Below, one piece after another: positions 1-9,339 of a stretch of 60,445 nucleotides of DNA (position 1 is the first letter of the stretch; each line of letters starts with the position of its first letter). The DNA is from Patescibacteria group bacterium (lineage in GTDB: Bacteria; Patescibacteriota; Microgenomatia; UBA1400; PJMF01). The notes under the pieces were generated by a model. It was given only the letters and a program-made list of their open reading frames with translations. It did no database searches and was not told the DNA's origin. The DNA lies in NCBI GenBank assembly GCA_052035325.1, contig JBPOHR010000003.1:1-60445 (forward strand). Direction: 5' to 3'. Made by a program: the position numbers and the translations under genes.

Positions 1-3000
1 CATGATTCATGATTTTCTCATTGGGTGCTGTCACTTTCTCGACAAGAAGCTTCAATTCCTCATCGCTAAACTCAACCTTGGCTCGCATCAGTACCACCGA
101 GTCCACGGTGATCAGGCTTTTGTACTCAGCATATGCTTTAGGAAAAATACAAAACTCGATTGCACCGGTGTCATCCTCAAATTTACCAAATGCCATATCG
201 CTGTTGTTCTTTTTCGTCTTAACGATTCGCATTTGCGTAATTACCCCACCAAAGGTGAAAATTTGGCCGTTATGAATGCTGCCATCGAGTTCGTTGAGCT
301 TTCGATTGGCTTGTTTGCTCACCGCTTGGAGGGCACGAGCCATCGGGTGCTCGGTCAAGTACATACCAAGCAGTTCTTTTTCAAACGATAACAGTTCTTG
401 ACGAGGATATTCAGGTAATTTGGCAAAGGTATCGTCCGGAATAGCAGTACTATGACCTACGTCGGCAAAAAGATGATCTTGATTCTCGTCTGCACTCTCA
501 AACTGAACGGCTTGTTTGCGAATATCTTCCAGATTTTCCAGCATACTTGCTCGAGTAGCAAAGGCATCAAATGCTCCCACCTTGATTAGACACTCAAGAA
601 TCTTTTTATTGACTTTGCGGCTGTCTGTTTGCTGCAAAAACTGCGTAAAGGTCGCAAAACTTCCGCCAATCTCCTCTCGAGTCTTGAGTACCGAATCCAT
701 GGCAGCGGTGCCGACATTCTTGATGGCAGAAAAGCCAAAGCGAATGGCTAGGCCCTCGAGTGAGTCAGGATTCTGTTCAATGGTGAAATCAGCGTGGGAC
801 AGATTAATATTCGGTGGCAGAACCAAAATACCCATTTTCTTGCAGGTTTCGACCGCAAGCGCTACCTTTTCATCACGATTAGCATTGTGTGAAGCTGCTT
901 CGACACTCATTAAGGCTGTCATGTACTCCACGGGATAATGAGCTTTCAAGTAGGCAGTTTGATAGGAAATCATCGCGTAGCTAGCCGCATGAGCTTTGTT
1001 GAAACCGTAATTGGCAAAAGCTTCAATAAATCCCCACACTTGATCAGCCACTTCGCGGGTATACCCTTTGGCGACAGATTGTTCGGTGAAGCGCTTTTTA
1101 TTTTCATCAAGCAAGTATTTTTTCTTTTTGCCAATGGCGCGACGCAAGATATCTGCTTCGCCAAGTGTGTAACCAGCCATGACATTGGCAATCTGCAAAA
1201 TCTGCTCCTGGTACACCATTACTCCATATGTCTCTTTGAGGACAGGCTCGAGCGACGGATGTGGATACTGGATCTTATCCGCATTATGTTTGCCTTCTAT
1301 AAAGGTCGGGATCAGGTCCATTGGACCAGGGCGATACAACGCGACCATAGCAGTTATGTCTGAAAATTGGTTTGGTCGTAGCGTGCGAGCCACACGTCGC
1401 ATGCCCGCCGATTCAAGTTGAAAAACACCCATCGTCTCGCCACTCGATAACAGTTCAAAGGTTTTGACATCATCGAGAGGTAATTTTTCCAGGTTCAGAT
1501 CGAGATTTTTCTGCTGTTTGATCAGCCGCAAGGCAGTTTGCATGATGGTGAGATTCCGCAAACCCAAGAAATCAAACTTTAGCAAACCAATCGCATCATC
1601 AGCCACGTTACAGTCAAGCACGTACATGTCGTATTGGGTAACAATTTTGTCAGACTTCTGGTCTTTTTGAATTGGGGTGTACTCCGTCAATGGTTTATCA
1701 GCGATGATAACCGCAGCAGCATGTACCGAGCTATGCCGCACTACCCCTTCCACCTTTTTTGCTAGGTCAATGAGGGTTTTGAACTTGGGTTGTTTATAGT
1801 ATTCAGCTAAATCTGGCACAGTAGTCAACGCCGTATCAAGTGACGTCTTTTTGCCAGGGTCATTGGGAATTAACTTAGAAATCTTATCCGGATCTTCGTA
1901 TGGCATCCCCAGTACCCGACCGATGTCGCGAATCGAGACGCGGGCTTCCATCCGGCCAAAGGTGATCACTTGCGCGACATGATCTTCACCGTATTTTTTG
2001 GCGACATAGCCCAAGACTTCATCACGGCGATCATCTGCGAAGTCCATATCAATATCTGGGGGCGTAGGCCGCTGTGGGTTGAGAAACCGCTCAAAAGGTA
2101 AACCATGTTGTAGTGGATTGATGGTCGTAATCCCCAATGAGTACGAGACCAACGAGCCAGCTGCCGAACCACGTCCTGGTCCCACGCCAATTCCTTGGCT
2201 TTTCGCCCAGTTGACGAAGTCTTGAGTGATCAAAAAGTATGCCGCATAGCCTTTTTGCTTGATAACCCCCATTTCATACTCTAACCGTTGGATATGCTCC
2301 GGCAGAACCGTGTCAAAGCGCTTCGCTAGACCCTCTCGGGCTAATTTTTCAAAGTATGATTCTTCTGTCTCGCCTTTGGGCAAGGGAAACTTGGGGAAAT
2401 GTAGGTGACCTCGGTCGATATCGAGATTACATCGCTCGGCAATGGTAAGTGTGTTTTTAATGGCTTCTGGATACTCATGAAAAAGTTCAGCCATCTCATC
2501 CGCTGTGCGCAGATAATACGTTTGTGAAGCCATCATGCTCATACGTTTGGTGTCGGAAATCAGTTTGCGTGTCTGGACGCACAACAACGCATCTTGGGCA
2601 ACTGCGTCATCTTGGTGGACATAATGGACATCATTGGTGGCAACTAGGGGTAGATTGAGCGTACGAGCCAGCTTGAGTTGCTTTTTGATGAGTTCAGGCA
2701 ATTCGTCAACCCCATCATGCATCTGTAATTCAATATAAAATCGATCTTTGTAGACTTGGCGATACCAATCGGCCAACTCAAGTGCCGATTTTTCATCATC
2801 AGCCAGCAAGAATCGGTTAATTTCGCTGCTCATGCAGCCGCTAGTGGCGATCACTCCCTCGCTGTGCTTTTCGAGCACTTCCTTATCCATTCTTGGCTTG
2901 TACGAGAAGCCCTCCAGATTGGCGATGGAGGTGAGTCGCATTAAGTTTTTGTAGCCTTCATCATTTTCTGCCAGCAATAATTGATGAAACTGGTCTGACC

Positions 3001-3253
3001 CCATCTTGGTTTGTTTATCAAATCTTGACTTAGCAGCTACATAGGCTTCGATGCCGATAATAGGCTTAATGTCATTCTTTTTGCAGTTATTGTAAAAATG
3101 CATTGCCCCGTACATGCCGCCATGATCGGTGACCGCGATGGCGGTCTGGCCATCAGCTTTGGCAGTTTTGAGCAAATCTGGGATGCGTGACAAACCATCG
3201 AGCATCGAGAACTCGGTGTGGACGTGCAGATGGACAAATTGATTGGAACTCAC
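1..3253 (-). CDS. dnaE: DNA polymerase III alpha subunit (3' end truncated by window edge)
   Basis: Hand translation from GTG at 3253 gives MSSNQFVHLHVHTEFSMLDGLSRI...AVTDHGGMYG (PHP domain). The window-edge end, in the same frame, gives the OB-fold region KTKKNNSDMAFGKFEDDTGAIEFCIFP (1084 codons). It is absent from the ORF track because it has no stop in the window. Confidence 0.97.
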   Translation of the reverse strand, partial: MSSNQFVHLHVHTEFSMLDGLSRIPDLLKTAKADGQTAIAVTDHGGMYGAMHFYNNCKKNDIKPIIGIEAYVAAKSRFDKQTKMGSDQFHQLLLAENDEGYKNLMRLTSIANLEGFSYKPRMDKEVLEKHSEGVIATSGCMSSEINRFLLADDEKSALELADWYRQVYKDRFYIELQMHDGVDELPELIKKQLKLARTLNLPLVATNDVHYVHQDDAVAQDALLCVQTRKLISDTKRMSMMASQTYYLRTADEMAELFHEYPEAIKNTLTIAERCNLDIDRGHLHFPKFPLPKGETEESYFEKLAREGLAKRFDTVLPEHIQRLEYEMGVIKQKGYAAYFLITQDFVNWAKSQGIGVGPGRGSAAGSLVSYSLGITTINPLQHGLPFERFLNPQRPTPPDIDMDFADDRRDEVLGYVAKKYGEDHVAQVITFGRMEARVSIRDIGRVLGMPYEDPDKISKLIPNDPGKKTSLDTALTTVPDLAEYYKQPKFKTLIDLAKKVEGVVRHSSVHAAAVIIADKPLTEYTPIQKDQKSDKIVTQYDMYVLDCNVADDAIGLLKFDFLGLRNLTIMQTALRLIKQQKNLDLNLEKLPLDDVKTFELLSSGETMGVFQLESAGMRRVARTLRPNQFSDITAMVALYRPGPMDLIPTFIEGKHNADKIQYPHPSLEPVLKETYGVMVYQEQILQIANVMAGYTLGEADILRRAIGKKKKYLLDENKKRFTEQSVAKGYTREVADQVWGFIEAFANYGFNKAHAASYAMISYQTAYLKAHYPVEYMTALMSVEAASHNANRDEKVALAVETCKKMGILVLPPNINLSHADFTIEQNPDSLEGLAIRFGFSAIKNVGTAAMDSVLKTREEIGGSFATFTQFLQQTDSRKVNKKILECLIKVGAFDAFATRASMLENLEDIRKQAVQFESADENQDHLFADVGHSTAIPDDTFAKLPEYPRQELLSFEKELLGMYLTEHPMARALQAVSKQANRKLNELDGSIHNGQIFTFGGVITQMRIVKTKKNNSDMAFGKFEDDTGAIEFCIFPKAYAEYKSLITVDSVVLMRAKVEFSDEELKLLVEKVTAPNEKIMNH

Positions 3254-3259
3254 AGCTTC

Positions 3260-3265
3260 AGTATA
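3260..3265 (-). promoter_or_regulatory. -10 box TATACT 6 nt upstream of the dnaE GTG (leaderless-type promoter)
   Basis: Minus strand reads TTGGA-TATACT-GAAGCT-GTG; no SD. Confidence 0.65.
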
Positions 3266-3298
3266 TCCAAAAGAAGAGCGAAAGGAAGATGGTGGTGG

Positions 3299-4084
3299 CT
3301 ATTCTTCGGGGGTGGTGTCTTCAGGTGGTTCGTCTACCAACATTGATTTGGTAACATCACCTGGCGAATGGGCCCTACTGGTAAAACCCAGATAGATTGT
3401 GTCATCTATTGCTGACGTGCTTTGATTATGTAGAGGTGAAATACCATTCATACCTAGATCGACACTCTGATGGAATAACTCTTCAAAGAAAGGCAAGTCT
3501 CCTGTCTCAACAAACCTGTCTATTATACTTGTTTTAACGAAATGTGAGATGTCTAACTGAACTTCTTGTTGATGCTGATCATAGTATGTATTCAAATCTT
3601 TGAGACTAAGTGCAGCTTTTAGCTGACCTAAAGCCGGTTGCCAAAACATCCAGTCATTCTTCATCAATAACAACGCACCACACACCGTAAAGGTCATGCG
3701 CTCTTGATGATCATCGACAGTTTCAGCATTGGGTTTGAGGCTAGCACGATCATAAGCATACATTGCAGCAGTGGCGAGCTTTTGATCAAGTCCTCGTTGA
3801 TTCTGTTCGTCACAAATATGTATGGCAATCCGCATTTCCTTATGGACTGTCGATGCTTCAACAAACCATTCGCTAGTGACTTTATCTGACAATCTTTGTC
3901 CTTCACCAGTCAAATCAGGTGAGTGATGTACTGGAGCTGAAGTCATACCACTATTCAATGCATTCACGTCCCAGGGCACACCACTAGCAGTACTGCCATC
4001 ATCTCTTGCTGTTTCAAAATGACGTAGATCTGGTCTCGTACCTTGCTCAGCATCATTATGCTCGAGTGGATCAGCTTCAAACAT
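3299..4084 (-). CDS. Hypothetical protein (261 aa, acidic ends)
   Basis: Long ORF with SD AAAAGGAG 5 nt before ATG, directly downstream of gatB; no recognisable motif. Confidence 0.8.
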   Translation of the reverse strand: MFEADPLEHNDAEQGTRPDLRHFETARDDGSTASGVPWDVNALNSGMTSAPVHHSPDLTGEGQRLSDKVTSEWFVEASTVHKEMRIAIHICDEQNQRGLDQKLATAAMYAYDRASLKPNAETVDDHQERMTFTVCGALLLMKNDWMFWQPALGQLKAALSLKDLNTYYDQHQQEVQLDISHFVKTSIIDRFVETGDLPFFEELFHQSVDLGMNGISPLHNQSTSAIDDTIYLGFTSRAHSPGDVTKSMLVDEPPEDTTPEE

Positions 4085-4101
4085 TTTGTCTCCTTTTCTT
4101 A

Positions 4102-5433
4102 CTAACCTAACAAACGTGTTTCGAGTATCACTTTGACTTGCTGAATATCCACCTTTTTGCCCAGATTTCGCATCACTTGTCCAATTAGGAAACCAAGCAC
4201 TTCTTGTTTGCCAGCCTTATATTTGGCGACTGCATCAGAATTGGCGGCAATAACTGCTTCAACACTTGTTCGAAGTTCTGATTCGTCTACTTGGGCAACA
4301 CTCGTGTCCGCCAGCCATCGTTGTACAGCTTCGGTCGGGTTTTCTGCCATATTGGGCGACGTCTTGCCATTGATTACCGCTGCTGCATACTGGTTGGCAC
4401 GCTGACCCGCCGCTGTAAAGGCTGTTTCATACCATTCCACATCTTGTGCTTTTTCGATAAGTGCAGCACTGTACCGCTTTTCTACACCGTGTTCTTTTTC
4501 CCAACGCTCATATACCTGCTCTGGTAACTGGGGAATCTGCTGACGAATTTTATCGATATCAGCATCACTGAATCGAATTGGAGGTAAATCAGGATCGGGG
4601 AAGTAGCGATAGTCTTCAGCGTCTTCTTTACTTCGCTGCGGGAAGGTCACGTTTTTGGTTGAGTCCCAACCACGAGTTTCTTGAGCCGGCGTACGGCCTT
4701 CATTTAATTCAATAGCCTGACGCTGCATCTCAAAGGTAATTGCTTGTTCGAGAAATCGAAATGAATTAATGTTTTTGACTTCGACTTTGTACTCAGGTAG
4801 CGTGACAGGATCTTTTTTGGGACTCAGTGAAATATTTGCTTCCAGACGCATGCCACCCTGTTCCATATCACATTCAGCCACATCAAGATATCGCAATAGT
4901 TGGCGAATTGCTTTCGCATATTCTTTCGCTTGAGCAGGTGACTTGATGTCAGCCTCAGTCACAATCTCCATAAGTGGGACACTGCTGCGATTGAAGTCAA
5001 TCAAACTTACTTTTTCACCGTTGATCGTTTTGTGTAGTAACTTGCCCGTATCTTCTTCGAGATGAATGCGGTGAATCCGCACTCTACCTTCACTGGTATC
5101 TACATAGCCGTTGACACAAAAAGGAATATCGTACTGACTAATCTGGTAGCCTTTGGGTAGATCTGGATAGAAGTAGTGTTTGCGGTCAAATTTGGAGAAC
5201 AGATTAATTTCACAGTGCAGTGCTAAGCCGACTTTGATTGTCCACTCGATAGCTTTCTGGTTGGCCACCGGTAGTGCCCCTGGCATGCCAAGGCAGACAG
5301 GACAGGTGTAGATATTTGGTTCGGGTGCGCCAAAGGGATCATTTTTGCAGCCACAGAACATTTTTGAAGCAGTATGCAGTTCGGCGTGGATTTCCATGCC
5401 ACAGACGAGATGGTACGAGTTGTTTGTCGTCAT
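4102..5433 (-). CDS. gatB: Asp/Glu-tRNA(Asn/Gln) amidotransferase subunit B
   Basis: [60 protein letters not shown] motifs. Confidence 0.98.
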   Translation of the reverse strand: MTTNNSYHLVCGMEIHAELHTASKMFCGCKNDPFGAPEPNIYTCPVCLGMPGALPVANQKAIEWTIKVGLALHCEINLFSKFDRKHYFYPDLPKGYQISQYDIPFCVNGYVDTSEGRVRIHRIHLEEDTGKLLHKTINGEKVSLIDFNRSSVPLMEIVTEADIKSPAQAKEYAKAIRQLLRYLDVAECDMEQGGMRLEANISLSPKKDPVTLPEYKVEVKNINSFRFLEQAITFEMQRQAIELNEGRTPAQETRGWDSTKNVTFPQRSKEDAEDYRYFPDPDLPPIRFSDADIDKIRQQIPQLPEQVYERWEKEHGVEKRYSAALIEKAQDVEWYETAFTAAGQRANQYAAAVINGKTSPNMAENPTEAVQRWLADTSVAQVDESELRTSVEAVIAANSDAVAKYKAGKQEVLGFLIGQVMRNLGKKVDIQQVKVILETRLLG

Positions 5434-5439
5434 ATAAAA

Positions 5440-5931
5440 TTAAAAGATAAATCTATTATGTGTTTCTTTATCGCTTACAGCAATTTTAGGATCAGTCATG
5501 TTATCAACAAAGAACTGCACATCTGCCTTGATACTAGGGCTAGTAATCATCTCCAACGCATGAGCAGGTGATACCCATTCGTAAGCAGAGTGTTCATCAC
5601 TGATTCGTACCTTCAAGTCCGTTGTAACGCAGTGAAATGTAAAACCATAGACTTCGTTGTCGGCAGACTTTTCGCCACGATGAATGTGCCAAACACGACT
5701 TAATCGCTTAATTTCAAGCTCTGTAATGCCCACTTCTTCTTGCACTTCGCGTCGCAATGCTTCGTCAAGTTCTTCAAACTGGTCAATCCGGCCATAGACT
5801 ATTTCCCACATACCATTCTGAAAATCAGCATCGCGCTTGACAACAAGAATGTTACCACTGGCCTGGTGCTCGATGATGGCGCCTACTGCGACCATGAAGT
5901 GACCAATATGGGTATCTGAAAGGTGGGTCAT
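5440..5931 (-). CDS. NUDIX hydrolase
   Basis: Nudix box GRIDQFEELDEALRREVQEEVGI plus SDEHSAYEW. Start set at ATG 5931, which overlaps the gatA TGA (ATGA). Confidence 0.92.
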   Translation of the reverse strand: MTHLSDTHIGHFMVAVGAIIEHQASGNILVVKRDADFQNGMWEIVYGRIDQFEELDEALRREVQEEVGITELEIKRLSRVWHIHRGEKSADNEVYGFTFHCVTTDLKVRISDEHSAYEWVSPAHALEMITSPSIKADVQFFVDNMTDPKIAVSDKETHNRFIF

Positions 5932-7364
5932 AAGGTGCCTTTCGTGGTGGGTGGAGCTTGAAGATGCCAATTGGTGATTTGTTGATAGGAGTGGCCTAAC
6001 TGCAATAAAGAAGCTTCGGCAAACTTTTTGCCGATCAACTGCATGCCCACCGGAATACTTGATTTAGTAAAACCAGCTGGAATTGCTAAACTAGGTACAC
6101 CAACTACATTGATGGTAACAGTGTACAAATCTTCGAGCATATTTTTGACTGGGTCGTTGATTAATTCGCCAATTTTGGGAGCTGAACTGGGAGTTACTGG
6201 GGCAAGTAATACATCACATTTTGCCAATGCCGCCATGTATTCTTTAATCAGCATTGTTCGCGCTTGTTGTGCTCGGTTGTACAACTCATCAGCATAACCA
6301 GCTGAAAGGGCAAATGAACCAACCATGATTCGCCGCATCGTTTCAGGACTAAAATTGCTGCGATCAGCACCGTATCGAATGCCATCGTATCGAGCCAGAT
6401 TAGAACTGGTCTCACTCAGTGCCAGCAGATAATAAATTGCCACACCATGTGCCATGATGGGGATACTGACTTCCTGTAAAATGGCACCGTTTTCCTCGAG
6501 CTTGTGAGCTGCTGTCTCAACCAAAGCGCGAACTTCAGGATCAAGACCTTCACCGTAAAACTCTTTTGGTAATCCAATTACTTTGCCACGAATATCTCCA
6601 GATAAAAGTGATTCATACTTATCGACAGGTTGTTGCGCACTTGTGGCATCAAGTACGTCATGTCCTGCTATCGCACTAAGCACATAGGCCAAGTCCTCTA
6701 CGGATTTTGCCATTGGTCCAACTGTATCGAGAGATGATGCATACGCAATTGCACCAAACCTTGATACTCGACCATACGTTACTTTCAAACCAGATATTCC
6801 ACACATGTTCGCCGGGTTTCTGATCGATCCGCCTGTATCTTCTCCTACAGCAAATGATACTGTTCGATTAGCAATCGAGATTGCCGAGCCTCCAGATGAA
6901 CCTCCTGGAATATGTGCCTGATCCCATGGGTTTTTGGCGGGTGTGAAATCTGTGTTTTCGGTTGATCCTCCATGACCCCAAGCATCTTGATTATTCTTGC
7001 CAATCAACACTGCGCCCGTTTGCTTAAGTTTGCGATACACTGTCGCATCATAGGTAGGTTGGAAGTTGCCGAGTACATTGCTTCCCGCAGTCGTCCGCAG
7101 ATCTGAGGTGCAGTAGGCATCTTTCATGGAAAACGGTAAACCAAATAAAGGAGATACATCAGCTTTCACACGGTCATCAAGAAGTTTGGCTTGAGTGATG
7201 GTTTCCTCTGCTGTACGTATCGTAACAAAGTCGTGAAGAGAATTATTCCAAGCCAGCGCGCGTGTGATGGCCGCTTCAGCAAGTTCACTAACTTTAACCT
7301 GTTTCGAGACAATCAGGTGGTGGAGTTCACGGATAGACTGATCAAGCACTAAGTGATCACTCAT
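5928..7364 (-). CDS. gatA: Asp/Glu-tRNA(Asn/Gln) amidotransferase subunit A
   Basis: Amidase signature: MKD, PGGSSGGSA, GEDTGGSIRNPA, GLKVTYGRVSRFG, SNLARYDGIRYG. Confidence 0.98.
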   Translation of the reverse strand: MSDHLVLDQSIRELHHLIVSKQVKVSELAEAAITRALAWNNSLHDFVTIRTAEETITQAKLLDDRVKADVSPLFGLPFSMKDAYCTSDLRTTAGSNVLGNFQPTYDATVYRKLKQTGAVLIGKNNQDAWGHGGSTENTDFTPAKNPWDQAHIPGGSSGGSAISIANRTVSFAVGEDTGGSIRNPANMCGISGLKVTYGRVSRFGAIAYASSLDTVGPMAKSVEDLAYVLSAIAGHDVLDATSAQQPVDKYESLLSGDIRGKVIGLPKEFYGEGLDPEVRALVETAAHKLEENGAILQEVSIPIMAHGVAIYYLLALSETSSNLARYDGIRYGADRSNFSPETMRRIMVGSFALSAGYADELYNRAQQARTMLIKEYMAALAKCDVLLAPVTPSSAPKIGELINDPVKNMLEDLYTVTINVVGVPSLAIPAGFTKSSIPVGMQLIGKKFAEASLLQLGHSYQQITNWHLQAPPTTKGTL

Positions 7365-7662
7365 CTTTTTCCTTTAGGATTCGGTCTACGACAAAATAGC
7401 CCTCATACGCTCGATGGGCATTGGCCAGTGCTTGGTCTTGTGTAAATGACTCACCTACTACATCTTCACGCCAGATATTTTCTGCGTCACTGGTGCGTGC
7501 AGTAGCAATTTCAGTTCCCACATCAATGGTACTTATTTGCTCCATCAGCTCCAAAATGGAGGCCAAGTGGCCTTGGTACATCTTTTCTTGCTCGGGTGTT
7601 AAGTCTAAGTTTGCGAGTTTGCTAATGTGGGCAATGGGAACTGCCTGAACTGCTTTTGCCAT
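7357..7662 (-). CDS. gatC: Amidotransferase subunit C
   Basis: 101 aa, HISKLANLDL...WREDVVGESF...ALANA...GYFVVDRIL; overlaps the gatA start. Confidence 0.92.
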   Translation of the reverse strand: MAKAVQAVPIAHISKLANLDLTPEQEKMYQGHLASILELMEQISTIDVGTEIATARTSDAENIWREDVVGESFTQDQALANAHRAYEGYFVVDRILKEKDE

Positions 7663-7669
7663 ACCAGAT

Positions 7670-7678
7670 AGTTTAGCA
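7670..7678 (-). promoter_or_regulatory. Extended -10 TGC-TAAACT 7 nt upstream of the gatC ATG (leaderless-type)
   Basis: TGCTAAACT-ATCTGGT-ATG in a 20-nt intergenic gap; no SD. Confidence 0.6.
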
Positions 7679-7682
7679 GATT

Positions 7683-8594
7683 TTACAGCGATTTTAAGGC
7701 AGCAATTCGCTCACTAACCGGAGGATGTGTTTGGAATAGACCCGCAAACATACCTACCCCATTGTTACCCAAGTTGCGTAGGGGATCTTCAAAATACAGG
7801 TGAGCAGTCGCTTTGTTAGCAGCTTCGAGAGGTTCTTTGTCTTGACTAATTTTACTCAGTGCATTGATTAGACCTTGAGGATTCTTGGTCATGCCCACAC
7901 CAGAGGCATCAGCCAGGTATTCGCGGCGTCGAGAAATAGCTAACTTAATCAACTGGGCAATGAGTGGCGACAGCAAGGCAAGAATCAGACCTACTACAAA
8001 CAAAATCATTTGTAATTGTCCACCTTCTCCATCACGGCTGCGTCGTCGCCCACCACCCCAAGCAGAAACGCGCAAAAACCAGTCGGCAAGCAATGCGACT
8101 AAGCCTACGAGGACAGTCACGATCGACATTAATCGCATATCATAATTTTCGATATGGGCGAGCTCATGCGCGATTACTGCTTCAACTTCTGACCGATTCA
8201 ACCGTGCTAACAATCCCGTCGTCGCACACACCACAGCATGGTCAGGATCGCGGCCAGTCGCAAACGCATTCATCGCCGTATCCTCGATCACATACAGTTT
8301 CGGCATGGGCATCCGCTGGCCCATAGTCAGGTTTTCTGTCACCGTATAGAAATCAAAGAACTCCTGTCGTGTTGCCTCACGAGCACCTGACATGGTCAAA
8401 ATAATTTTATCTGAAAACCAATACGAACCAAATGAAATGAGCCCTGATACCACCAGGGCTATCCCCACCATGTCAAGACTATACCCGAGGCCCATCGCCA
8501 TCACATACGTGGCACCAGCAATGAAGGCTACAAAGAGTGCCATGATTAACCATGATTTTTGCTTATTGGCAGCAATCGCTTGGTAATGTGTCAT
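7683..8594 (-). CDS. htpX: Zinc metalloprotease HtpX (M48)
   Basis: NAFATGRDP, AHELAHIENYD (HExxH), SRRREYLAD, THPP; several TM segments. Start set at ATG 8594. Confidence 0.95.
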   Translation of the reverse strand: MTHYQAIAANKQKSWLIMALFVAFIAGATYVMAMGLGYSLDMVGIALVVSGLISFGSYWFSDKIILTMSGAREATRQEFFDFYTVTENLTMGQRMPMPKLYVIEDTAMNAFATGRDPDHAVVCATTGLLARLNRSEVEAVIAHELAHIENYDMRLMSIVTVLVGLVALLADWFLRVSAWGGGRRRSRDGEGGQLQMILFVVGLILALLSPLIAQLIKLAISRRREYLADASGVGMTKNPQGLINALSKISQDKEPLEAANKATAHLYFEDPLRNLGNNGVGMFAGLFQTHPPVSERIAALKSL

Positions 8595-8603
8595 CGACAA
8601 CTT

Positions 8604-9191
8604 TTATAGGTTGACTTTGATGTCTTTGGTTTCAGCTTCGGCCACCTCGACATGTGCTCCTGTCATGGGTGTGCTCAAGCCTTTTTCTGGCTTAAAACCA
8701 AACAGGTTGGCGACGATGCTTGAAGGAAACACTACCAACTTCTCGTTGTACTCTTGAGACAAGTCAATCAAACTGCGGCGCGAATACATCAATTTATCGG
8801 CCGTATCACTCAACTCACTCATGAAACGAGTGACTGTTTCATTACTTTGGAGTTCAGGATTGTCCTCCACCATCACATTCAAGCGCGGGATAACCGAGTT
8901 CAACTGATCAATCGCCGCATCGATGTCTTTGCCTGAACCAGAATCACTGGCTTTGGAAACAGACTTACGGGCATCAGCCAACAACTCAAAAATCCCTTTC
9001 TCATGCTTGAGAAAGCCTTTGACGGTACTTTCCAAGTTAGGAATAAGAGAAGCTTGACGCTTCAGTTGATTGCCAATTTCTTGGATGCTGGCGACGATCT
9101 GTGTCTTGAGGCGTTGGAGGGTGTTATAGATGCCAACAACGTAGAAAAAGAGTGCAACAGCGATGATGCCAATAATGAGGAGGGGTGTCAT
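8604..9191 (-). CDS. lemA: LemA family protein
   Basis: N-terminal TM, YNTLQRL, QLKRQASLIPNL, E.PELQSNE, YN..L..FPSSIVA..FGF; SD GAAAGG before ATG 9191; typical lemA-htpX pair. Confidence 0.93.
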   Translation of the reverse strand: MTPLLIIGIIAVALFFYVVGIYNTLQRLKTQIVASIQEIGNQLKRQASLIPNLESTVKGFLKHEKGIFELLADARKSVSKASDSGSGKDIDAAIDQLNSVIPRLNVMVEDNPELQSNETVTRFMSELSDTADKLMYSRRSLIDLSQEYNEKLVVFPSSIVANLFGFKPEKGLSTPMTGAHVEVAEAETKDIKVNL

Positions 9192-9254
9192 AGACGCCTT
9201 TCGATATAACTTGAGTATACCAAACAATGGTAAGATTGGTATAATTGACGCTCT

Positions 9255-9327
9255 GGTCCGGTGGTGTAGCGGTTAACATGCCTCCCTGTCACGGAGGAGA
9301 TCGAGGGTTCGATTCCCTTCCGGATCG
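9255..9327 (+). tRNA. tRNA-Asp (GTC), CCA not encoded
   Basis: Acceptor GGTCCGG/CCGGATC, anticodon arm CCTCC-CTGTCAC-GGAGG, T loop TTCGATT; promoter TGG-TATAAT at 9237-9245. Confidence 0.97.
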
Positions 9328-9339
9328 CAAGAACAATAG

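Noticed and set aside
1-3253. Intein or frameshift in dnaE, suggested by its absence from the ORF track
   Set aside because: The start and the window-edge OB fold are in the same frame and the length (1084 codons to the OB fold) is normal. The gene is missing from the track only because its stop is outside the window.
7663-7682. T-box or other leader ahead of gatCAB
   Set aside because: The gap is only 20 nt, holds just a -10 box, and has no UGGNACC.
7683-9191. lemA-htpX pairing as a novel module
   Set aside because: This is a well-known, widespread gene pair.
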